From the sequence record SRR20825019_163: a stretch of DNA of 55,391 bases, one strand, 5' to 3'. The stretch's first letter is position 1. Each line of letters begins with the position of its first letter. Positions 36,408 through 46,153 of this stretch are shown here, in pieces. The position numbers and the translations under genes are program-made. The notes under the pieces are model-generated. The model was not told the origin of the DNA, did not search any database, and was given only the letters and a program-made list of their open reading frames with translations.

Positions 36408-37625
36408 TTACTTACCCAACAGTTTACCAAACCATGATTTTTTACTGTCACCGATGGTGTCATCCGAGGTGACGGTGCGAAGCAGCGTCAGGTAAGCATC
36501 CGAAATCTTGCTTCTGGGGGCTTCCTCACAAATGACGACGCCTTTTTGGGTGGCCGCCATCATGGCTTTCACATCAAAAGGAACCTTCACATCAACAGCG
36601 TGCTCGATGGAGTTTTCAAAGTCTTTCTCGTCCACCTCATTAGGGACCATACCGACCTTGTTGGCTGCGACATAAACGTCAGCGCTGGGCGCGATCTGTT
36701 TGATGTGCGCCAGAAGGCGAATACAGTCTCGCGCAGAGGTGAGGGAGAAGTCTGTCACCACGATGATATCCGTGGCGGACTTGAGCACATCCACGTGTGA
36801 GCCCATAAGTTGGCGCGGTACATCCACCACAACACAGTCGAAGTTTTCACCTAGTGCATCCACCAGCTGTTCGAGCGCGCCGTCTGCCGGGTCGCTCATG
36901 CCGCCAATTGGTGCTTCGCAGCCAAGGATGGAAAGTTTCTCATGGGGTTTTACCACGGCCCGCTCAAGGAAAAGGCCATCAACCCTGCGGGGGTTGTCAA
37001 GCGCGTCTGAAAGTCCACGACCGGGTTCAAGGTCAAACTGCATGGCAGAGGTGCCGAAAAACAGGTCAAGGTCCAGAAGCGCAGTTTTCTTGCCTTGGTC
37101 AGCAAAAAGCCAGGCCATGTTGGCAACCAGCGTGCTGGCGCCAATACCGCCTCGAACGCCCACGCAAACAATCTGCCGTGCGTCTGTCTTGGGGCCTTGC
37201 TCCTCAACCTCTTCTTCAACAAAGATCGCGTTTTCCGCCGCCACAACAGCGCTGTGAAGCACTTCTGCGGTGAGGGGTTTGACAAGATAGTCATGCACGC
37301 CCGCATGCAACAGGTCGCGGTAGAGTGTTACGTCATTAAGCGTGCCAAGCGCCAGCACGACCGTGCCGGGTTCACACACGTCGGCGAGCGACTGCATGTC
37401 TGCGCGAGGGTCCTCGCTGTCGGACAGGTCGACAATCAGAAACTCAGGGCAGGGCATGCCGCCGAGCGCACGGACCGCACCGGCAACGCCGCCAGAGAAA
37501 ATCATGTCCGGGTCCCAACCACGTTCAGTAATGACGGGGTGCAGGATTTGGGATGAAAGCTCATCGCAGATGAACGCGGCGTATGTCTCGCGCTGATCCA
37601 GCTTTACTGCAGATGCGGATGCCAT
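36408..37625 (-). CDS. cpaE: Pilus assembly protein CpaE/TadZ (receiver-like domain plus MinD-like ATPase)
   Basis: NDVTLYRDL..GVHDYLVKP, GVRGGIGAST, LDLDLFFG. Confidence 0.93.
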   Translation of the reverse strand: MASASAVKLDQRETYAAFICDELSSQILHPVITERGWDPDMIFSGGVAGAVRALGGMPCPEFLIVDLSDSEDPRADMQSLADVCEPGTVVLALGTLNDVTLYRDLLHAGVHDYLVKPLTAEVLHSAVVAAENAIFVEEEVEEQGPKTDARQIVCVGVRGGIGASTLVANMAWLFADQGKKTALLDLDLFFGTSAMQFDLEPGRGLSDALDNPRRVDGLFLERAVVKPHEKLSILGCEAPIGGMSDPADGALEQLVDALGENFDCVVVDVPRQLMGSHVDVLKSATDIIVVTDFSLTSARDCIRLLAHIKQIAPSADVYVAANKVGMVPNEVDEKDFENSIEHAVDVKVPFDVKAMMAATQKGVVICEEAPRSKISDAYLTLLRTVTSDDTIGDSKKSWFGKLLGK

Positions 37626-37638
37626 CTCTCACGCCTCC

Positions 37639-38343
37639 CTAGTTATTGCCTTGCACAGGCGCGCCTGGCGTGGGAAGGGGCTGTGTGACAGGCGGCATGC
37701 CGTCGATCGAGAGGGTCATGGTTGGCCCGGTGGACTGCGGTGTGGGCGTATAGAGCGCGCCAACCGCTGCGGCCGTTGAGTTGCCACCATTTTCACCCGC
37801 GATCAAATCACGCGGGTTGGCCACCATCATGCCCAGGTTCGAGGTCACCGCGCAGCCAAAATAGCTGCTGGTATTGTTGCGGGTGTTGTTGCTGGCCTCG
37901 CTCGGCCAGCCGCCACAGGCCGGCGGGGTCACGATATAGCGTTCCACATAGAGGTTGATGGTGCCGGGCTGCGGTTCTGCACCAAGAGGGGCTTCACCTG
38001 CATACACAAGGCCGCGCTTTTTGAGGAAAGCAGCGACCGCGTCACGGCGGTTGGGAGAGCTTGCGCTATCCAGCATGATGATATCGCCGTGGCCCGCGTT
38101 AACGCTGGCGAGGAAAGCCCCAAGGGCCGCGAATGTTGCGTTTGAAGGCGTGTCGGTGCCGTCATCTTCCGCCATGATGGTGTGGTCGAGCCGCACCATA
38201 GTGACAGCGTTGCGGTTCACGGTTTCGCCCAGTGTTGGCTCAACCACATTGTCGTGCATGCACGCGGTTGTGGTGAGAAGCGAGAGGCTGATGGCAAGTG
38301 GCTTCAACATAGTGGCCACAGAATTTGCATGAAGGTTTTTCAT
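37639..38343 (-). CDS. cpaD: CpaD-family pilus assembly lipoprotein
   Basis: Lipobox-like TTAC, PPACGGW, FGCAVTSNLGMMVANPRDL. Confidence 0.9.
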   Translation of the reverse strand: MKNLHANSVATMLKPLAISLSLLTTTACMHDNVVEPTLGETVNRNAVTMVRLDHTIMAEDDGTDTPSNATFAALGAFLASVNAGHGDIIMLDSASSPNRRDAVAAFLKKRGLVYAGEAPLGAEPQPGTINLYVERYIVTPPACGGWPSEASNNTRNNTSSYFGCAVTSNLGMMVANPRDLIAGENGGNSTAAAVGALYTPTPQSTGPTMTLSIDGMPPVTQPLPTPGAPVQGNN

Positions 38344-38358
38344 CGTTCGGGCCTTTCC

Positions 38359-39813
38359 TTAGTCGAGTTGGAAGCCAGCGCGCTTCTTCAGGGAAGCGCC
38401 GTCGGCGTTATCTAGGGTGGAAGCCACATCCGGCTCGGTTGGTACCCAGCGGCGGCCATTGAGGAACCGGTCCATATCCGTTGGGGCGACAAATTTGTCT
38501 GTTGGCAGCACAAGCTGGCGGTCAGACACCGGGCGCACGATATAAGGGGTTACAACGATCAGAAGTTCGGTTTCCTCGCGGCGGAACTTCTCGGACCGGA
38601 ACAGCGCACCAAGGATAGGAATGTCGCCAAGGCCGGGGAATTTGTCCGAATCTTCCACCACATTGTTCTGCAACAGCCCTGCGATCGCGAAGGATTGGCC
38701 GGAGCCCAGCTCAACCGTTGTTTCCGCGCGGCGGGTGCTGATGGATGGCACGCTGATGCCTTCAACGCGGATTGCTCCGGCGGATGACAAATCACTGACC
38801 TCAGGGCGCACCCGCATGGAAATGCGGCCTGTGTTCATCACCGTGGGGGTAAACTCAAGCTGCACACCAAACTCGCGGTACTGGATGCCGAGGCCGTCCC
38901 GGCTTGGGACCGGAATGGGGAACTCACCACCCGCGAGGAAATTGGCTGTCTGGCCTGTGAGCGCGGTGAGGTTCGGCTCCGCCAGCACACGCAGGAAACC
39001 CTCCTGGTCAAGCGCGTCAATCGCCCAGTTCAGGTCAAGCCCGCCGCCGCCTACGCTACCCATAAGGCTGAAGGCATCTGCGGCCGGATTGAAGACCTTG
39101 GTGGGCAGTTCCGTAACCGGGTCGAGGATAATGTCTGCAACGTTACGGGTCTGAAACAACCCAAAGCCTACGTCGCCTGTGCCGTATAGCCCTTCCCATG
39201 CGAAGCCAAGCTGCTTGACCACGCTGCGGGAAACTTCTGCAATACGTACACGCAGGTTCACCTGTGTTGGTTGGGTCACGTTCAGGCTGTTCATCACCTG
39301 GTCTGTGCCAAGCACGGTATGGGCCAGCCGCTCTGCCAGTGCGGCCTCATCGGGCCCACCCACGTTGCCTTGCAATACGACAAGACGACCAAGCGTGGTA
39401 ACCTCGATGGGCACACCGGGCAGCATGCGGTCGAACGCCGTGCGCAGCGCAGTCAAATTCCGTGTTACCTGGACGGTTGAGCTGTAGATTGTATTGTCTT
39501 CGCTATCGAGCGCATAGAAGGTGGTTTCGCCCTGTGCCTTGCCAAAGATATAGACAATGCGCGCAGATTTGACCTGAACGTCCGCAACCTCGGGGTTTGC
39601 GATGAAAATCTCGCTTGCAGGACGATCAAGCCGGATAAGCGTGCCCTTGCTCACCTCGATAGCGAGGTTCTTGTCCGTAGCCGCCATGAGGCTCGCACCG
39701 TCAACATCGGTGAGCGCATCCGCGCCTGCAGGCACCAGTGCCGCACCAAGGCCGAAGCACAGGGTCAGGCCCATGGCCGCGCGGTGCATCATGTGTGGGA
39801 GTTGCCTGATCAT
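38359..39813 (-). CDS. cpaC: Tad secretin CpaC/RcpA
   Basis: QVNLRVRIAEVSR, LAEPNLTA, FLAGGEFP, PGLGDIPILGALFRS, ETEL. Confidence 0.95.
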   Translation of the reverse strand: MIRQLPHMMHRAAMGLTLCFGLGAALVPAGADALTDVDGASLMAATDKNLAIEVSKGTLIRLDRPASEIFIANPEVADVQVKSARIVYIFGKAQGETTFYALDSEDNTIYSSTVQVTRNLTALRTAFDRMLPGVPIEVTTLGRLVVLQGNVGGPDEAALAERLAHTVLGTDQVMNSLNVTQPTQVNLRVRIAEVSRSVVKQLGFAWEGLYGTGDVGFGLFQTRNVADIILDPVTELPTKVFNPAADAFSLMGSVGGGGLDLNWAIDALDQEGFLRVLAEPNLTALTGQTANFLAGGEFPIPVPSRDGLGIQYREFGVQLEFTPTVMNTGRISMRVRPEVSDLSSAGAIRVEGISVPSISTRRAETTVELGSGQSFAIAGLLQNNVVEDSDKFPGLGDIPILGALFRSEKFRREETELLIVVTPYIVRPVSDRQLVLPTDKFVAPTDMDRFLNGRRWVPTEPDVASTLDNADGASLKKRAGFQLD

Positions 39814-40706
39814 TTCTCGGATTCCTCTTTGGTGCGGCCGAGCGTGACAACAGAACTAACGCTGCCGCGTGCAACCCGAAGCGTTGCCCCCTTCTCGGCG
39901 TCCATCGCCGGGATAAATTCGCTGATCTCATCGCCCATTGTGTGGGAAAGCGTACGGTCAACCGGAGGGCTTTCCGGGTCCGCCGGCAGGCCGTCTGCGC
40001 CGTGCGCAAGGCTTCTGAGACTGAGGGAAAGCGAGCCGATATTCTCCAGCATCGCGACCTTTTCCGCCATTTTTGGCGTGACCTCGATGGTTGCGGTTTT
40101 TGCAACACGGACCTGATCGCCGGTGGCTGCTGTGCGCTGGTCAACACCCAGCACCCGCACGTTCTGGAACACGGTTTCAGAGATATTATAGCGCTCAGTG
40201 CGGGATACCTCGACCGCGTGGGTCAGGATCACATCGACACGGTCACCGGGGAAAATGAAACCGCCTATGCCTGAGGTGGCTGATACCTTGATGGTGGTTG
40301 CCCGCATGCCGGGAGTAAGGATAGCCGCAAGGAAGCCGCGCTCGCCCTGGGATACAAGGGCTGTACGGGTAACGGGTTCACCAGCCGAGATGGGGCTGCG
40401 CACCACCTTGCCAGCGAGGCCTTTCGGGGTCTCTGCTTTCTGTTCCTTGGTGTTGCGAGAGGAATAATAAGCCTCCGTCACACCAGCTTCAGGCCAGGGC
40501 TGCCATTTGACATCCTCAGGCTTGATGATGGTGCCAACAGGTAGCTTGCGTGCCGCTACCATGATTTTGGCTGTAGCCACCTCTTGCCGTGCAACCTGCG
40601 CGGTTTGCTGACTTTGTATGCCGCCCAAGTAGCTTCTGGTGAGGAAAACCACCACCATAACGCCAACACCGGCGAGAACGATAAGGATCAGACTTCTGGG
40701 GTTCAT
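39810..40706 (-). CDS. cpaB: Flp pilus assembly protein CpaB/RcpC
   Basis: N-terminal TM segment, SAF domain, PGMRA, GFIFPGDRVDV, LSLRS. Confidence 0.94.
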   Translation of the reverse strand: MNPRSLILIVLAGVGVMVVVFLTRSYLGGIQSQQTAQVARQEVATAKIMVAARKLPVGTIIKPEDVKWQPWPEAGVTEAYYSSRNTKEQKAETPKGLAGKVVRSPISAGEPVTRTALVSQGERGFLAAILTPGMRATTIKVSATSGIGGFIFPGDRVDVILTHAVEVSRTERYNISETVFQNVRVLGVDQRTAATGDQVRVAKTATIEVTPKMAEKVAMLENIGSLSLSLRSLAHGADGLPADPESPPVDRTLSHTMGDEISEFIPAMDAEKGATLRVARGSVSSVVTLGRTKEESEK

Positions 40707-40784
40707 TGCTGCCCCTCCTGGCTTCCAAGTTGCCTACCCAAGGCGTGTGGGTCACGCGCACAAGGGTTAAAAAACTGTCTTAGT

Positions 40785-41276
40785 TCAGGCAGAAACCGCA
40801 GAAATCCTGTGCATACAGACCCAAAGACCACCGGCCATGATGGCAGCCCCGTAGGGGACTTTCATCAGGTTTGGTGACGGCTCTTTCTCAAACCGTTGCC
40901 AAACCAGCATGACTGCGGCAATCAGGCCGCCAAATACCGCGGTATAGAGCACAAACGGGAGGGCAAAAGAGGGCCCGGCCATCAGTGCCACAGCGGCCAG
41001 AAGCTTTACATCACCGCCTCCCATCAGCCCGGCGGCAAAAGCGCCAAGCCCGACAAGGAAGACAAAAAGCCCCGTTGCAAGCGGCCAGACAAGTGCACTC
41101 ATAACGTCCACACCCGCCACCAGTCTTGTTATGGCTGCCACCACAAACAAGCCGACAATAAAAAGCGAAAGCCAGTTGGCGATCCGCCGGGTGCGTATAT
41201 CGCTGATCGCTGCGGTCAAAAGAGCGCCCGCAAGAGCGATATAAGTGCCTGTCTCAATTATGAATGCTGCCTGCAT
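40785..41276 (-). CDS. cpaA: Prepilin peptidase CpaA/TadV (A24)
   Basis: SDIRTRRIAN, MGGGDVKL, VPYGAAI. Confidence 0.93.
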   Translation of the reverse strand: MQAAFIIETGTYIALAGALLTAAISDIRTRRIANWLSLFIVGLFVVAAITRLVAGVDVMSALVWPLATGLFVFLVGLGAFAAGLMGGGDVKLLAAVALMAGPSFALPFVLYTAVFGGLIAAVMLVWQRFEKEPSPNLMKVPYGAAIMAGGLWVCMHRISAVSA

Positions 41277-41327
41277 TTTTCTGTGCCTGAGATCTGAAAT
41301 TAGGATTACCTGGTCCTGCGTTTCAGT

Positions 41328-41366
41328 AAAAAAGCCGCCGGAAAAATCGTCCCCCGACGGCTTTTT
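41328..41366 (-). terminator. Terminator or attenuator hairpin after the pilin gene
   Basis: AAAAAAGCCGCCGG...CCGACGGCTTTTT. Confidence 0.7.
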
Positions 41367-41399
41367 GATAAGCTTCAGCTTATAGACCTTTAAGGCCTA

Positions 41400-41594
41400 T
41401 TAAGATGGCTCTGCTTCCGGATCGCCTGCAGTATCAACGGCGTCGCCAACTTCCTCGAACTTCGTGGAAAGATCATCGCCCAGAGTGTTGAGGGCTGTAA
41501 TCAGTGCGATTGCGATCAGAGCGGCGATAAGACCATATTCAATGGCGGTAGCGCCTTCTTCATCACGACGGAATTTAGTAAGTAGTTTCATCAT
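41400..41594 (-). CDS. flp: Flp-family type IV (Tad) major pilin
   Basis: RDEEG|ATAIEYGLIAALIA Flp motif, GGAGA RBS. Confidence 0.95.
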   Translation of the reverse strand: MMKLLTKFRRDEEGATAIEYGLIAALIAIALITALNTLGDDLSTKFEEVGDAVDTAGDPEAEPS

Positions 41595-41646
41595 TGGTTT
41601 TCTCCAGCTGCCAAGATTGGATGTCCTACTTATAGGCCCACACCCC

Positions 41647-41736
41647 TAAATAAAAAGTTAACGAGGAACCTGAAAAACCTTTTATTTACAAATATTTAGT
41701 GTAAAATATCAGGTAAATTTACATCAAATTTTAACC
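41647..41736. promoter_or_regulatory. AT-rich pilin promoter with CtrA-like boxes
   Basis: TAAA-N7-TTAAC (41647-41662) and a TTAACC half-site (41731-41736). CtrA control of pilA is established in Caulobacter. Confidence 0.5.
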
Positions 41737-42111
41737 AGTGTTCAACGCCTTGAATCCACAAGGAGATTCGGGCCTGGCAAGGTGCGGTACAGGCCTCATT
41801 AAAGCGACTTTCAACTGATTTTGGGCTAGATGCGGGCATGGGGATCGCGCATAACACGCATTTTTTCGCGCCGAAAAAAGCGGAAAATGTTTAAAATTTC
41901 GGCCTTTTTCATCAATGAAAGCCGATTCCTTTTGCGAATTTAGCCAAAATACGGGTGATTCTCCGGGGCGTAAGGGCCCGAGTCTCAGGGGGTGAGCAAG
42001 AGGGTGTGGCAAAACTGTGCGTGAATGTGCGGCGTGGGTGTGGCGGCTTTGAAGTGGTATTTGAGGCATAGCCTCGGTCCAGCCTCGAGAAGTGTGGCGG
42101 AGCGGGTGCCC

Positions 42112-42207
42112 CAGGGTTGCATTGCTTGCTTTCAGGGTTCCATGGTCGCCCTCAGGGCTCCATTACCTACCTTGGTAGGGCTCTATTCCTGCCCTTAGGG
42201 TTCCATT
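42112..42207. repeat. Five degenerate copies of a 12-nt motif at 20-23 nt spacing, the last one being the tadE 3' end
   Basis: CAGGGTTGCATT (42112), CAGGGTTCCATG (42133), CAGGGCTCCATT (42153), TAGGGCTCTATT (42176), TAGGGTTCCATT (42196). Confidence 0.7.
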
Positions 42208-42773
42208 TCCTGCAAAGAGCCGATACGCGGCCGGAAGAAAGATGCCTTCCTGATCGTGCGCGCGGGGATAAAGTCGAAGATGAGTGGCTCATACTCATAA
42301 TATATTTCGGTCGCCAGAATGGTTTCATCATCCCGGAGCGTAAGCCCGTCCGGTAGCGTGACCGGGTCACCTTCCGCACCAAATTCGCTATCGGCGGACA
42401 GCGTGCCACCGCCATTTCGTTGCCAGAAGACAGACGCAACAATATCCTCTGTCTGGCTGATGGCGGAAACAATGGTGACAGAGCGCTCGTTGGTGGGGAA
42501 AGGGGTCAATATCTGCGGGACGGCTTCAAAGATATCGTCGATCACATCTTCCGATATGGTTTCATCCCGCGTGACAAGATCAGCGATCGAGACCACCGTA
42601 TGCTGCAGCTTCAAGGTCATCAGCAGATAGTTTCCCACCTCCACCGTGCCAATAAAAAAAACGAGATAGATGGGGGCCGAAAGCGCAAGCTCGGTGAGGA
42701 TAGAGCCGCGCTGGTCTCCAGCCAATCTGCGCGTCGTGCGTTCAAGGCGCTTGATAAACTTAATAAGGCTCAT
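42195..42773 (-). CDS. TadE/TadF-like minor pilin
   Basis: DQRG|SILTELALSAP followed by a hydrophobic helix, C-terminal RPR. Confidence 0.88.
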   Translation of the reverse strand: MSLIKFIKRLERTTRRLAGDQRGSILTELALSAPIYLVFFIGTVEVGNYLLMTLKLQHTVVSIADLVTRDETISEDVIDDIFEAVPQILTPFPTNERSVTIVSAISQTEDIVASVFWQRNGGGTLSADSEFGAEGDPVTLPDGLTLRDDETILATEIYYEYEPLIFDFIPARTIRKASFFRPRIGSLQEMEP

Positions 42774-43329
42774 TGCGCACCGCCACTGTTGCCGAGAGGT
42801 TTACCTGGCGCGTCGCCCAGTCAAACAGGCCTGTCATGCTGGGGGCTGCGTAGCTCACGCGGTAAAGCACAATATCCCCGGCTTCCCCAAGGCCTGCGGT
42901 TGCCATGTCGTCATCCCACTGGCCGTTACCGTTCACATCCGTGAAAGGCTCGCCAAACTCGTAAGACCCGCTCTCGTTCTGGTCCGTATAGGGTTCTGGT
43001 TCGCCAATATCGCCAAACTGCTCATACACCAGCGTCTCGATCTGCACCGCATCCATATCAACCCGGCCAAAGGTTTGTTCGGCGATAATCTCTCGCACCT
43101 GCTCTTCGCGGGTGGAGCCTTCGTCAATAGACCCGGTGATGCCGAAGCGTGACGCTCGCAGTACAGAGTTCTCAAGCGATGCGGCCACGAAGTAAATATT
43201 GGTAACCTCAAGCACACCCACAATCATGGCCAATAGGAGCGGTAGACCGAGTGCGGCTTCAACAGCCGCCGCGCCATCTTCACGCCCCTTAACCTTGCGT
43301 AAAAGCCGTATGCCTGCCCGCACCATCAT
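42760..43329 (-). CDS. tadE: TadE-like minor pilin
   Basis: REDG|AAAVEAALGLP, C-terminal RNEPY, DxNGNG Ca-binding-like motif. Confidence 0.88.
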   Translation of the reverse strand: MMVRAGIRLLRKVKGREDGAAAVEAALGLPLLLAMIVGVLEVTNIYFVAASLENSVLRASRFGITGSIDEGSTREEQVREIIAEQTFGRVDMDAVQIETLVYEQFGDIGEPEPYTDQNESGSYEFGEPFTDVNGNGQWDDDMATAGLGEAGDIVLYRVSYAAPSMTGLFDWATRQVNLSATVAVRNEPY

Positions 43330-44828
43330 TTAGAAAGCCTGAGGTTGGAGAGCTGCCGCCCGATCTCCTCAAACGCTTCAGTGAGCGAATCTGCCGTTGG
43401 CGCATGATAATAAAACGCTGGGTTCGAGGCGCAGGCCGCGTAAGCATCCTGGGTGTTCTCGTCCGGTGTTGAGCCGAAGGTGATGGTGTAAAGCAGAATA
43501 CCGTCATTCTTGATATTGTGACAGATGCGGTCAAAGCGGTCGTCAAACTCATCGCGCGCGTCATAGATGTTTGAGAACCCAAAATCGTGCAGGCGACCAA
43601 AAGCGGTATAGTCGGAACCACCAAGCTGACTGTCTTGACTGATCAGCTCATTCACACCGTCGGTCAGCATCACGATCACCTTGTCCATATAAGGTGTGTC
43701 GTGATCAAGCGGCAGGGTTGCCGGGCTGCCGGTCCAGAAACCGCGCCAACGGGGTGATATCACCCGCCAGCCCCATACAAGGCCGTAGTTGGCCGCCGTG
43801 CCGCCAAAGCTCCAGGGCTCCATCACATCAATAGCGTCGAGCAGTTTGGTCTTTTCCGCCACCAGCGGGGTGATCTCGCTCGCGCAGCCCCGGTTGGGCC
43901 CCAGGGCATCGCCGCTGTCGTTCACTTCATCAATCGTTACTGCGCCGGTGCTGTCATTGATCCAGTTGTTATCCTTGTCGACCTTTTGCCAGTTGCCGCG
44001 CCAATCCTTTTTCCAGTAGGGGTCTGTATCGGCCCAATAGAAGGGCTCAAAGGGGGCTTCATCAGGGGGGGTGTCTGTCTCATCTTCCCCGCCTGCGCGG
44101 GCTTCAAGGCAGCCTTTCCATTCGGTGCCATAATACTCATTGTCCACGCGCGTTTTCCCGGCTTCGGAAAGCCAGTCATCATGCGCGTTGCCCACATTTA
44201 CGTGGGTGATATAGGGCACCACACCTGCCCACAGGTTGGTGTTGGTTTCGTCGTCGCCATAAACAATGTTGATCAGGTTGGTGGCGGCGGCCTTCATGGT
44301 GCCAATCTTGTTATCCCAGCGCATTGAGCCGGTATTGTCCATCACCAGTACCAGCTCCATACCGCGGGTTTCGCGGCTTACCTCTGTGCTGGCGCTTACT
44401 GTAATCTCACCAAAACCAAACAGCCGCATGAAGGTTGCCTCAACGGTAGCCGTGGCTGATAGCGTGATCAGTTCCTGATCGTCGCTTATGTCCACAACCA
44501 TTTGGCTGCTGGTTGCTACATTGGAGATGGAGGCCACGTTGGCGTTGAAAAACTCATGGGCATCCGCTTCCATGGTATCAACAGACATGGCGTGCCCGGC
44601 TGCCAGCCCGGCACTGTCGAGCGATTTTTGAAGCACGTCTTTCACGTGATACATGCGCGCGCCGTCTATGGCCACACCGGCAGCGCCGGTGAGCATCAGT
44701 ACGCTACCCGCAATCGCGGGCATGAAACCGCCGCGTTCGTCTTTGGAAAAGGCGCTGACCGCTGATTTCACGGCTCGCCACTTTAACCCACGTGCCATGG
44801 CACTGCGGGATTTGAGTTGATGTTTCAT
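43326..44828 (-). CDS. tadG: TadG-like minor pilin/adhesin with a vWA domain
   Basis: DERG-hydrophobic helix, MIDAS DNTGSM, WKGCLEAR, MLTDG. The start may be a few codons downstream. Confidence 0.9.
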   Translation of the reverse strand: MKHQLKSRSAMARGLKWRAVKSAVSAFSKDERGGFMPAIAGSVLMLTGAAGVAIDGARMYHVKDVLQKSLDSAGLAAGHAMSVDTMEADAHEFFNANVASISNVATSSQMVVDISDDQELITLSATATVEATFMRLFGFGEITVSASTEVSRETRGMELVLVMDNTGSMRWDNKIGTMKAAATNLINIVYGDDETNTNLWAGVVPYITHVNVGNAHDDWLSEAGKTRVDNEYYGTEWKGCLEARAGGEDETDTPPDEAPFEPFYWADTDPYWKKDWRGNWQKVDKDNNWINDSTGAVTIDEVNDSGDALGPNRGCASEITPLVAEKTKLLDAIDVMEPWSFGGTAANYGLVWGWRVISPRWRGFWTGSPATLPLDHDTPYMDKVIVMLTDGVNELISQDSQLGGSDYTAFGRLHDFGFSNIYDARDEFDDRFDRICHNIKNDGILLYTITFGSTPDENTQDAYAACASNPAFYYHAPTADSLTEAFEEIGRQLSNLRLSK

Positions 44829-45002
44829 GGTTCGGTTGCCTGAGTTTGTTCAGGGTAGTATCGCGCCATGAATTTGAAAAACCGTAAACAGATGCAGGCA
44901 ATTTTAGCAAAACTGGTGGGGTCACGCCTCACTTTTGCCTTGTGCGCTGGCGTTAATGGTGTCTACCTTTTGAGCCAGAGGAAGTAAGGGATATCAGGGC
45001 AG

Positions 45003-46127
45003 ATGAGTGAAAAAGAAGCTGCGCTTGACGAGAAAGCGCAAGAGACGACAGGCGAAGAACAGGCAACCGTAGCGGCAGGAACGTCGTCTGGTGCGTCATC
45101 GGGCGCATCGCCAAGCGGCCGTCCAGGCCCGGCTTTCATGGCGTTCGCCAAGCAGCATCGCCGCGAGGTGCCGGAAGACTCGGTTTTCAACTATTTCACC
45201 TCAAGCGATGGCGAGCAGATACGCTACGCGCGCTTTCCGGCCAGCAAGGTGATTGAGCCCAAAGGCACGATTATTTTCATGCCCGGCCGCACCGAATTTA
45301 TCGAAAAATTCCTGGAAGATGTACATATCTTCAACCAGATGGGCTTCGCCTGCGCGGCGATGGACCTTCGTGGGCAGGGCATGTCGTATCGCCCGCACCC
45401 GAACCGCGACAAACATTTTGTAAAGTCGTTTGATCCGCATATGGAAGATGTGCATCAGCTGTTCAAACAAAAGCTGGTGGGCAAGATGCCCAAACCTTTC
45501 ATTTTGATGGGCCATTCTGCCGGTAGCCACGTGATCCTGCGGTTCCTGCATGATTTCCCCGGCTTGGCAGATGCGGCCATCACCGTGGCGCCTATGGTGA
45601 AAATTTTTACCGGTGGTTTGCCCAAGTTTATTGTGAACGGCCTGCCGATGCTGATGCGCGCCCTTGGGCGCGGTGCGGGTTATATCCCTGGCCACACAGC
45701 CTTCAAGGAAGGACGCTGGGGATGGCGCAAGAAGCTCACCCATGATGATGAACGCTTCAAGGATGAAGATTATTTCATTCAGGAAAAAGACCGCCGTTTG
45801 GCGGTTGGCGGTGCCACCTATCGCTGGCTGCACGAGGCGATCAAATCCTGCGACAAGCTGAATGAGCCCGGTTACCCGGAAGCGATCAAAACCCCGGTTC
45901 TGATGCTTCAGGCCGAGAAGGACCGCATTGTTGATAATGATGCGCAAACCGCGTTTGCCGCCCGGCTGCCGCATGGCCGCCTTGTGGTCATCAAAGGCGC
46001 GATGCATGAGATCTTGAAAGAAACTGACGAGATCAGGGCCGAGCTTTGGGAAGCTATTGCTGAATTTATCGACCTTGAAAACGGGCCTGATTTTGGCCCG
46101 TTCGTGAAAGCCAGTGAGGGCAAATAG
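45003..46127 (+). CDS. Lysophospholipase (PldB-like) alpha/beta hydrolase
   Basis: PGRTEFIEKF, DLRGQG, GHSAGS, HEILKETD. Confidence 0.9.
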   Translation: MSEKEAALDEKAQETTGEEQATVAAGTSSGASSGASPSGRPGPAFMAFAKQHRREVPEDSVFNYFTSSDGEQIRYARFPASKVIEPKGTIIFMPGRTEFIEKFLEDVHIFNQMGFACAAMDLRGQGMSYRPHPNRDKHFVKSFDPHMEDVHQLFKQKLVGKMPKPFILMGHSAGSHVILRFLHDFPGLADAAITVAPMVKIFTGGLPKFIVNGLPMLMRALGRGAGYIPGHTAFKEGRWGWRKKLTHDDERFKDEDYFIQEKDRRLAVGGATYRWLHEAIKSCDKLNEPGYPEAIKTPVLMLQAEKDRIVDNDAQTAFAARLPHGRLVVIKGAMHEILKETDEIRAELWEAIAEFIDLENGPDFGPFVKASEGK

Positions 46128-46153
46128 CCCTCCAATAGCCCCCAAAAAAACTC

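Noticed and set aside
41731-42069. 112-aa minus-strand ORF between tadE and flp
   Set aside because: No motifs and it overlaps the AT-rich pilin promoter, so it is probably spurious
42112-42207. Mini-CRISPR interpretation of the spaced repeats
   Set aside because: The repeats (about 12 nt, degenerate) and spacers (about 8-11 nt) are far too short, and there are no cas genes
45201-46145. 314-aa minus-strand ORF
   Set aside because: Antisense to the lysophospholipase gene, with no motifs
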